Of a stretch of 64,000 nt of DNA, positions 38,806 through 50,100 are shown piece by piece. Each line of letters begins with the position of its first letter. Within the stretch, counting starts at the first letter, position 1. The position numbers and the translations under genes were made by a program. The notes beneath the pieces were generated by a model. The model was not told the origin of the DNA. It saw nothing but the letters and a program-made list of their open reading frames with translations, and searched no databases. Source of the stretch: Tubiluchus corallicola (lineage: Eukaryota > Animalia > Priapulida); NCBI GenBank assembly GCA_030141605.1, contig JAQGDQ010000059.1:558001-622000 (forward strand), given 5' to 3'.

Positions 38806-41800
38806 TTACTTTCCTGGAGAAACACATCTGAAATACAAAAAATGATAAAGTGTTAACAATAACGATGACAAGCAAACGTCACTACAGTGAAATTTATTGT
38901 ATCCAACTGTGGAGGAGGCTTTTCTAAAAAGCTATGAAACGGACTGAATGAAACAAGTACTGTCACTTACATGCATGTGTTCGGATCAAAAAATTGAAAA
39001 CTGCTACACACTTCCTGGCCATATGGACAGACGCAATCACACAATTGCTCGTTCCACTTCTTTGGAGGAGTACACTGCCCAGCTAAATTTCCGTTAGGAC
39101 ACAGGCACTGGCAATCCTAGAGGAAAAAGAAATGTGACCAAACAATCAATGACTTTAACTCTAATGTGGTGGTTTAGCAAAATTGTGACAAAAGAATGTA
39201 TGGATGGACGGGCAGATAGATGAGTGAATCATTAAATGAATGAATGAATGAAAAAAGAATAAATGAACAAATGAATGAATGGATGGATAAATGAATAAAA
39301 GAATGAGTGAATGAATGAATGAATGGATGAATGAATGAATGAATGAACGAATGAATAGGTGAATAGTGGATAAATGAATGAGCAAATGAACAAATAATGA
39401 TGAACGAATAAAATATTTCGCTAATCGACCTACCTTATATATCTGGTTTGATGAGCAATCGCTAGGCTTTTTCTTGCAAGCACAAGTGCAGCTGTCTTGT
39501 ACATGATATTCCATAGGTACGTGAACTTCTCCTTTGTACTCAAAATACTGTCCCGCTGTGTACTTTACTTTAATTACCTAATATATGTAACAGTTATGTA
39601 CATTGTACACTTGAACTTTTAGATTAATTTGCAGTTACTTACAAATGGAAATGGAATAAAAAGCCTGAAGAAACTGAAATCTACTACTAAGCAACCATAA
39701 CCATTTTCTTGGACAGGCGGCCAAAACTTAACAATATATTTCCGCTAAAGATCATCGACTTCAGTTTTATTTTTCAGGTCGCCTGGTTGATCTTTAAAGC
39801 TGTTTTTCTAGTTTGCAGGCTTTCAATAATTTTAAGTCAAGAAAAATTTTAATTATATATGGCTGATGAAGTTTTAGCCCCTCGTGTTTTGCTATACCTT
39901 TTTGAAAACTGTCTGTTTGTGAGTAGAAGTGCATTCTAACACATCATCTGTGCAGCATCCATCACACCTGTTCACCTCCACACAGGTGGGCCAGTGTAAC
40001 TCACTGGGATCTTCAGGTTGTGGAACGTTTACGATGTAGGGTCTCACCTTACAGCCAGGAGACACGGCCACTTCATTCTCATAGTAGTTGTCTCGTCTCG
40101 GTTCTAAAAAGAAGCAAATCTGTTGTCAGAGTTGGCAAATAAAAATACACACCACCAACTAGGGTTAGTCAAGTCTACAAAAGAACCTAGTGAATCTCTT
40201 TCAATGAACGGCGGTTAGACGACGTTCAGCTGGAATTATTTTGCATCATTAGCGAAATTCGAACAACTCTTGCATTAAACTACAATTTAGTATTTCATTA
40301 AGCCGTATGGGACAGGTACATAACAATCGAACAAGTGAAAGTCAGGATTTTACATTACTATATTTGTGGCTTAGCAGTAATAAGAATCAGAAAGCTCGGT
40401 CAACCGTAAATAGTTAACTGGATGACCATAACACAAACAAAATTTTGTCGAGTCAACAGCAGTTAAACATTCAAAACCGACCGGGTGTCAGCGCCCTAAC
40501 TTGCAAACTAGTGTTCCGCTTCCTAAATGTCTGTATTTATTCCACTGCACATATTTTACAGCTAGGGACAAAGACAAATAAACACAGGCTGCCGACACGT
40601 AAACTACTAACCTACAAAAATGTTGCTCACTTTACGCTATACTACGCAAGCTACAAACAAAGGTTACAGTAATTGCCAAGTCCCTATTAAAGATGTGCCT
40701 GCCTTTACTGCCAACTGTTTTTGCTTCTATTTTGCACCCTGTATTGTATGTCGTTGTCATTATCAAGAATAATAATAATAAAGAATATTACCAACACTAC
40801 TACTACTACTACTACCTGCGTCTGACAAACTGAAGATGTCAGTTATGCTGGTTTGTCCTGCATCTCCTCTGACCGGTATATCAAGCAAAGTTTTGTTCTT
40901 GGGCGGTGGCGCCCCCGCAACGCGGAATCTTGTAAGAAAGTCATCAACTGAATCAACTTTACTCAACTCTATCAACACACTCTTCGGAATCTGTTTAATC
41001 AATAAAAACTTAATTACAACTTTTGGAGTACGGTATTTGCGGTGTCATAATGATGACAATGCGAAAGTTGTTTTGTTCGATATTTTCAAAGAAACAAATT
41101 ATTGTATCGATTTCACAATACTATATAAAGTTGTACATTTAAAATTGTTGTCGTTTAAAACATGAAGAAAGCTTGTGTAAAACATGTGTAAAAAGTGTAC
41201 ACAGCCGGTATGTGTAAGGATTTTAGGCTGGTATTAGATCCGCGGGCAGCACGTTTCTGTTTCATATTTTTTATTTTAATTGTAACTGTTTGATGTAACG
41301 TGCAGAAACGTATGTCAATAAAACAATATCTGCGTTTTCCTAAAGGTACTATTTCGCAATCTTCCAAGTATGCGCAGTCTAACTGGTAAATTATTGTCAG
41401 TCTAAGCAAATGCAGGCATAACTTTGCATTGTAATGTGTACACCCTTATTAGTTTTATCTTGTGTATATGTTACAGGTAATGTATAAAATTAAGGAATTT
41501 TAAACCGTGATTACTGGCTCAAGACTAGAGATGCATAATTTTCTCGCGTTTCTGTAAAAGATTATCTCTGCGACCCAATGATATTCACGACCCAGTAAAA
41601 GGCCAACAAAGGAAGTTTCGCCAAAACATTATTTCGCTGAGCGTAATAAACAGACAATCCAAGAACTCCAATTATTTCGTTTTTCTTTTCATTTCATTAC
41701 TAATAAGTGAAAAAATGATAATCAGTTTAGCAACGTTCGCAAAAAATTAAACACTTGTGATGACACTCAGAGAGTTGCACATAGATTCATTTAGAGGCTA

Positions 41801-42558
41801 TTATAAAACAATTCGCGATTTATATGATATTTTCCAGTCAATTAGCTGGCAGTTGTTCGGCAAATTAAAGAGTTAAACCAGAAAATAGAGACATGCGCAG
41901 GTTCAGAATTTAGGAAATAAGTTTCACGCTGTGTTTGTGTGAAAAAGTATAATTTTCATCTTCATTTCGAAACTGTAGAAAACGTACGGGTGATAGGTTG
42001 CTAATGCAAACAAAGTTTTTTTATGATTTATGATGTCAAATGATCATTGAAAAAAACGTTTGCAAAAGTAATCACAAAACTAGTAGAAACTCTACTGCAT
42101 CTTTTAATCTTGATTTATTTTTTCAAATAAGTTGGGTTGAGTTGAGATATCGTAATAAGATTGTGTGATTCGTAGCTTTTTTCATAATTAGTGGAAATAG
42201 GTTTTTTGTACAAATGACGCATGAATCGTTGACAAGTTTCCATCTCTGCCTCTTTTGCAAAGTCAAGCTATAGGTAATAGAGTCCAGGGACCAGTTATGA
42301 TTGTTATCTCACCTCTGGTTTTATCTCAGGCTCGCCTACATTTTCCGCAGGTGCAAAACTTTCCGGAAATAATCGACGTAGGCTGAACGGATTTCCTGAA
42401 ATTCGGGAAACATCTCTCACGTAATATCCTCCAACACCATAGTTCTGCCCATCTTGGTATAAATAAGGCCTAAGACTGCCTTGAACCTGTGCGTGAATTT
42501 CACATACACAAACAACAACAAGAAAAACTGAAAACTTATGCAGCTTCAAGTTAGCCAT
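38806..42558 (-). CDS. PDGF/VEGF-related growth factor (PVF; VEGF-C-like CXCXC tail), 6 exons, ~312-320 aa
   Basis: Exons 42313-42558 (signal peptide MANLKLHKFSVFLVVVCVCEIHA), 40816 (or 40792)-40990, 39898-40103, 39434-39577, 38971-39116, 38806-38827; all GT-AG and phase-consistent. Cystine-knot motif SPGC...WPTCVEVNRCDGCCTDDVLEC...DSCTC, then CQCLC and CDCVC repeats, ending CVSPGK*. AATAAA on the minus strand at 38404-38409. Confidence 0.95.
39200..39410. repeat. Degenerate (AATG)n/(GATG)n microsatellite in a PVF intron
   Basis: Visible directly in the sequence. Confidence 0.9.
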
Positions 42559-42789
42559 CTTGAATAAATTTTTATTAAAACGCGTAAATGAAACAACTGC
42601 GTGCTACACTGCTTGTACGATAACTGCCAAAATCAAGTTTCAGTAATTTTTACAGTATCCTGTTTTAAAGCTACAACCAAGGTCACGTCCAGTTTTAGTT
42701 TTCGTATTTAATTTTACGCAAGAGTCGCTCTTGAATGCTGTTCTTAATAGTAAGTTAGTAACACTATCTACAACTTTCAAGCAAGTTGT

Positions 42790-42797
42790 TATTTATA
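42790..42797 (-). promoter_or_regulatory. Putative TATA box of the PVF gene
   Basis: TATAAATA on the minus strand ~230 nt upstream of the ATG, in a CpG-retaining region. Confidence 0.3.
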
Positions 42798-43404
42798 CGC
42801 ACGAGATGTTGATCTATAATAAAACGTCTTAAGTTTCAAGTTTCTTAGAAGAAAGGTATCGTTTACCCGGAGGTGATTTTTCTGCATCAGTGAATGTTTG
42901 CGTCACTGTAACCGCCCAATAGCGGCTAATGTCTGTAGGCGCTGACTATTATATTTTGGCTAAAACTATTGTGACTGTTTAATTATTGCATTTACATTGC
43001 AAAATTCTTCAATAGCGTGGGAAGTCAGTGATAAAACGGTTATCACGATCTATTGCAGAATATCCGGGCTTGGACTTGGCACGATTTTGAGCAAGTTTAT
43101 TAGTAGTCTTCCATTTTTCGCGAACTGAAAGTCGTTATTTTTGTTAATTACCCTCGCCGATGGTAATCGGTGTGCGGTAGGGCGTTTAGACGCACAATGA
43201 AATGGAAAATTGGAAACTGGATTTCTTGGTTCAAAGGTCAAAGGTAAAAATGTGAGACAACTCGAGCACACTGACGGTCACAGTCAGTTTAAGCCACTGG
43301 CGGATGTTACATTCTCCGTCACAGTATATTGCTTATGGCACATGGCAATGCGTCCAGCATACTTGCGATGTTACACGTTGCCACGATGCAAAACTTCCCG
43401 CTAC

Positions 43405-44891
43405 AAAAATAGTTTTGTCCTACGGTGTACATACAATTTACTACTCACTTGCATATCCTTATCTCCAGTATTGTGTCCTGTGCTTTGGTACTGCAAAAAC
43501 ATCTGTCCTAAAACCACTCATTACAGCCTAGAATAAGATAGTGAAAATCATTACATTTAGCCCATATCGTGCTCATGCTACACCCTCTTATGTAAAGCTT
43601 AAACTGTTAAAATTTAATGAAATTTACCAATTAGAGCTGGAAAAATTCATGTACCGTTTTGTAAATAAAAACTTACCTGAACTATTCTCTAACTATTTTA
43701 TGTTATCTGACATCCATAACTACGAAACTAGATCTGCCACTCGTGGTCTATATTTTACACCCAGATTCTGTACCACCACTCATGGATTAACTACTATCAA
43801 GTATCAAGCTGTTAAATTCTGGAATTGTTTGAACAGTAATATTAAAGATTCTAACAGTATCTATATCTTGATCTCTAAACTTAAAAAGCAATTGCTATTA
43901 ACTTACGCTGATTAATGTTAAGCTCTTACTCAACTATATCCTATTTTCTTTACCTAACTTAATAATCCTAACTACATTAATATTCATAAAACTGAAAATA
44001 CTACAGCATGGGATGAATCTGTGGCTCAGAAAATGTACTCTAACACTCAATTAAATTTTTTTCCCTCAATTACTGAATAACGAGCTATCGATTCGTACTT
44101 TAAATGCTGTTACTTATAATTATACAAATTAGTTAATCCACAGGCCATTACAGATATTATCCTAAATATCAGGAAATACGCTGTGTTTCTTCTCTTCTTT
44201 ACAGCAGAGTAATTATTAAAGTCATACTGCAGTACTATTTCATGAGTAAAGTTTCAGCTGTTGTTCACAGATTGCACAAGTCTTACCTCTCCTTTATAAA
44301 ATTACTAAAAAACCTATGTAGCTAAATGTTTGTCTTATCAGTATATTGAGAATTATATTATTTAGTATTATTGTCCAAGTCAGTAGATTTATTCTTAATC
44401 AATAAGCCTAGAAATAATGAAGTTGAACTCAAATCAAAATGTATTTAACTCCTGTTGTTGATTAATTGCATTATTAACCCAAAGTGTTTTTATCATTTCA
44501 TAACAATTTTGACCTGTGTTTCACATAAAATCTAAATGCTATTTTTAGTTTTATCAAGATTGACCTTATTTTGTTGCCCGCTTATTAAAGTACATGTATT
44601 TTCTTTACTCTGGATTACTTAATTATACAAGAAACGTCATAATTTTAAAATTATTGTTTCCTAAATTAAACTGATAACATTAATGCCCTAAAAATGTCTA
44701 AAAATCATTTTATCTATATTCGGTAAAGGATAGCAGACTAGGTGACTTTAGTCTTTTCGCTATCCTTTCTCTAGTTCTAGATCTATCTATTCATTTTAAC
44801 CATTCTTCAAAACTTATTAGCGATTCTTTTATTAATCATGTATTATTGTAGTATTATAGAGATAAATAAATTAAAATTGAATTGAATTTGA
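43405..44891 (+). mobile_element. 5'-truncated L2/Crack/CR1-group LINE (ORF2 3' end, 3' UTR, stem-loop, ATTGA tail)
   Basis: YYSLAYPYLQYC...*NKIVKIITFSPYRAHATP...KFMY...LPELFSNYF...HNYETR...IKYQAVKFWNCL...KLKKQLL is a typical L2/CR1-group ORF2 C-terminus. Terminal hairpin at 44725-44768 and tail aataaattaaaattgaattgaatttga. Confidence 0.85.
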
Positions 44892-47119
44892 CATAACATA
44901 TATATTTTTCACCCCTTTTATGATGATTTCATCTTTTCTTTTTTTTGCTTCAGTTGTTCATTTGTCTATGAAACATGCGTAACTGTAATTTTATTTTATA
45001 CTATATGCTTTCGATTAATTCTGTTTTTATCAAAATGTGACCAATTTTTTAAAGTAATGTTGTGATTTGGTAATTTTCGATCATTTTGATTGCCATTTTA
45101 ATCAACAATCATTCTGTCTATATGTATCTATCTGTCTGAAGATCACAGGTGGCAAAATAGTGACTGACATACTGTAGGACATTGTTGTAGTTTCTAACTA
45201 TCATGGTTCACCACAAGAAAACTTCTATGTTTAATAAGATACAAATTATGGATACTCATTATGAACAAATCAGCATAATTAATGCCAAATTAGCTTGCAG
45301 ATGAGTAAGCTAAGTTCAGTGCAGCCAAAGCTGACTCATAGCAAAAACAGACTCACAGATTATCAAAAGAAATTAAAACCAGAAAAGCCATTCACAGTAT
45401 AGGAATAAATAAGTATTATCAATCATAATATCTCTCAGTTTCAACGATGACACACAGTTACAATATTTACAGTATCTTTAACTATGCAAAAGCTATTAAA
45501 GATCAAGGTGGTACATTACACAACATGCAAAGCCCACAAATAAATTTACATCTTCATTTATCCTAATTGAAGAGAAAGTGGAAAGAATTACCATTTGAGA
45601 ACTTAATTTGTTATTCTGATAAAATGTACACTTCTTTTCCTACTACAAAGAAAGTTAAGGATCACAAATTGGAGCTGCAAAGCTTGTCTAAATACTGCAT
45701 CCATGAGTTGATCATGTGATTCAAGTTGCAAATATTTTGCTCATCTTGAGGAAAAAATGAGTTCAAGTCAAGAATCTGTACAATTACCAACTAGAGTCAG
45801 TGCCTGACTCCCATCCACAAAATATTTTATAGTGAATAGAATAACTTAATGAAGCCAAGTAGGTGTTCAAAACATCATGTTCTCATTGTTCACCTTTTAG
45901 AGTTCCCTTCCTAACTTTAAGTGAATCATTGATTCTACACTCTAATGAAAATTTAAATGTAACAAACTTAATTGCATACTACATCAGAATAAATAACAGT
46001 TCTCATAAAATCATTGTAACTTTTTATGAAATCCTAGTCTGCTCAATAATAGCAAGCTAAATTTAAAAAATCTGAAAACCTAAGCAGAAATACTCATATT
46101 CATTATCAAGATCAGCATTATTAGATTAACAACAATTTCCATGTGATTAAGAACAAACAACTATTCTCCAACAATACAGGCCGAAAATTATTCAAAACCA
46201 CTCACGTCACAAAAATCAACATCCTTACGACAAAATGGACAGTAATGCAGGTAGATTAGGCTACTTTCTTTTAAAAAAAGAGGCACTAAATTTCTAGTAG
46301 CCACTCAGGGTAACGGGCCACAGCAAAAAGGTGGAAACATCAATACTCCTCATTATTCAAGGAAAACACTAACCTTGTGACTAATTTCTTATTGACAGAA
46401 CCTATCATTCTTCTTCTTGTAGTAAAAAAAGGTTGTAGAAAACTGGGAAACAATCTTCAGGTAAAAAAATTTACGGACAAGAAGAGATCGAGGAAAAAAC
46501 CGGGATTCAGCCATTTTGCATGTAAGAATGTCCAAGATCAAAATATGATAGCAAAATGGTCAAGCTGTCAGTGTACAAGGAACTAGAGGTCTTGAGAGCA
46601 TCTTCTCTTACAGTAGTGGAAGAGGAGAAATGCAGCTAACAGACATTAAACGAGCACTTGAGGGGTTGCAAAGGGTACCAAATCAGAATTGACCAGATTA
46701 TTGCCTGCAGTTTTGCAATATGTCATACTTAAGTTACTTTTGCATTATTATCATGATTGGAAATCAGCTCATATTTTAACTTTCGGTGTTAATGAAATAA
46801 ACCTACAACTTCACTAAAGTAATTTCAGTTATCAATTATTTAATGTGTGACCAAGTAAAGAACGAAACAATCAATAAGCAATATCAAAAAGCGTGACTGA
46901 TATAATTAAATGCAAAATTCTTTGATTAATCCTTAGATAAAATTACACTAAGGCAGTAGGGTACATATTGACATCAAACTACTCTCTATACATATATTAT
47001 ATTATTAAAACGTTAATTTACTTGAAATGATATTATATACACTTCACAATGCCAATACTATAAAAAACTGGACCACTAGTAACTGGTGCTCTAATAGTGT
47101 AGCTTGTTGAGTTTCACTA

Positions 47120-50100
47120 TCATACATCTAATGCAGATGTTTTTTCTAACTCATCTGAGTATTTTCTTATCGCTGGCCGGACTTCTTCTTCTAAAAATAT
47201 TGTAACCTAGAAAATGTAGAAAAAAGATGTAACTACAAAAATGCCAATACAGTGCAAAGTAATATAAAATTCTGGGATTTGCTACTATCCTCAAAAGCCA
47301 AAAGACAACCAAAAGTAAAAAGCATCAGAACAGAAAATATTTAAATATCAAAGATGTGTACCCAAAAAGCAAAAAGATGCTTTAAAAAAGATTTCAAAGA
47401 ACAACGTGGCTAATGAGCAACTACACAACAATTCCTCCCAGAGGAATAATGAAATTTAAAAGAATAAAATTCATCCTATAGTATTTACCTGTTGAGGGGC
47501 ACGTCCAATAAAAGATCGCGGATCCAATATCGCATCTAGCTTCTTATGAATTGGCTGAAAAAATGGATTTGCACGGATTCGCTCAAGTAGATCATTTTCC
47601 TCCCCCTCTTCTTTTACTACAGCTGCAGCTTGTTGCGAAAGCACTCTGATTTCTTCATGCACCTCCTAGAAGCATCACACGAGTTTTGTTCAAGTACTCA
47701 AAGGTCACCAGATAATTCGATAATTCAGCTAAATCATATATTATTAAGCTAACTATATATAAATTCAGATATAATTATAACTATTCATATATAATTCAGC
47801 TAATTCATATGTTCAGCTAATTCGATACAGAGGAAAGACCAAAAAGCTTGCATCAGATATGTTTGCCAATATACATTGCAATACTGTGCCATTTAGTGAA
47901 ATTTTGCACAGGTTGCCAGTCATTAGTTTATTATTATTTGTTAGTTTATTATTATTATCACATTCAGTACAATATAATGACATTAAGCACACAGTGACAT
48001 CAAAATTATTACATCATACTGTATTAAATTGTTATGTTTCATACACTATCGTTATCATAAAAGAAAAATTGTACTACAGTGGGCTAGAGAAGCAAAGGCT
48101 TGTATAAGCCCACTGTCATGTGAACCCGATAAAAAAGAATGGATGAGTGAACAAAAAAAGAACTGGGAGAAAGGTTAGATCACACAGGAAGGGTAGAAGG
48201 ATGTGTTAGTGGAAATGGTAGGAAGAAAGATAATAGATTGCGCTATGTTGACATCAGTGATGCCTTGTTTTGCATAATCTGTACCAGGATTGTGGTATGA
48301 CTGCTGCAGTAGGTGTGGGAAATTAGGACGTGTTGTACTTGTTAAGAATCATTGCTCTGTATTTCTTTTTAAATTTTTGAATTGGCTGAACAGTTTTTAA
48401 TTCATCATTTATGTCATTCCAAAGACTTGGGCCAACATTTGCAATGAATTGCCATGCCACGTCTGTTCTACAGAAATTTACGACAAACTCATTCATTCTG
48501 GTTGCGTAATGCCGATTATTTGGTTGGACTGGATTATTAAAGAACGTTGGAAAGAGATTATATTTAGTTTTATACATGTATGCAGCTGTATTCATGTGTA
48601 TTAAATCTGCTACCAAGACCTATTAATGCAAACGTCAATGCTTGCACTAGAATCAAATAGTGTCCCCAAGAATTAACAAATAGACATTACCATTTTTGTT
48701 GGTAGTTTTTACATCATAACTTTGTCTACTTTTCTACAAATAAATAAATGGCAAGAATAAACTACTAAAAAAATTGCCAGATATCAATGTTTTAGATATA
48801 CACATCATATGCACTGCTTAAATAACCATACTAAACAAGCCATTTTTGCTAACAACAGTAAACTGTGTCACACACAACACAGAAATTTACTATTTACTTT
48901 CATGTGTTTTCAGAATCGACAAAACTATTGTTACCTTATTGGTAGTGGGGTGAAACTGTACTTTCTGAGTTTTAAGTGGTGGAATGAAAACCACTAGTAG
49001 AGAAGAGATGAAATACTACACCTGAATGTAACAAACACAAGCATTTTGGAGTTTTTGCACCTTGTCGCATGTTTAAAACCTAGATGAGAATTATACCATC
49101 CCCAAAAAACAACTAAGCACAACAGCTGGATTATATTACTACAGACAGTAATTCAAGTTCTACTTTATCTAAATCACCATTATTAGCAAAATAAGATTTT
49201 TAAAAATCTTACTATGCAAAATACTATGACATTTTTAAACAGGTGAGAAATAGACGAGAATATGGGCTACCTGTCTGTTCTTTCCAGCTTTTACCATTGA
49301 CATAATAATGTTTTCAGTAGCCATGAAAGGCAGCTCCTGTCTTATGTGCCTATCAATGACCTGTAAAAAAACTTGAAATCAACCACAGATGGCAGCACAA
49401 AACTATAAAAAAACTGTAGCAACCAAGACATTATTAAGCAAGCACCATAAAAAACTTACAGGCTTATAATTTAAATTTTGCTTACACAAAGCAAACATAT
49501 ATAACTACTATAAATATTGACCATTGATGAATGATCTATGTTTTCACACAGAAAATTGGAACGAATTTGTACTTCCAGTTTTCATCAGTAGCTGGCAGGC
49601 AAAATCTTAAGAAAATGAAACAGCTTTTTATTAAAATTACACAAGTATAGGTACCATAAGGTTTTTTGCTGAAAGTTATCTAAGAAAAACTACTTAGCGT
49701 AAAATCATTTTTGAAGATGTAAAACTCACAGAAATGAATGCACAATACATCAAGAAATCAATTCCTGAAGACACACTGTCACAACATGTGATAAAATATA
49801 ACCATAGAATTTTAAAAAAAAACTTTAAAATAGTTCAGTAAACACTTACGTAAACAGCAATGCAAACAAACCAAAATTATTTTGCCGTGACTGCACTAAG
49901 CCACACTGCAATCACATCAAAATTATATAGTACACAAAGGCTTTCTTTTAAAATGCAGTTATCAAAAATTAAATATTGAGCAAGCTTTTGTGACAATTTT
50001 GGCCCATCAAGGAAAATATGTCATGAAGAGAATTGTGCAAACAAGTCAGGGTCTTTCCACCCAAAACAAAGTCACTGTAAGATCCCAACGGATGAGTAAT

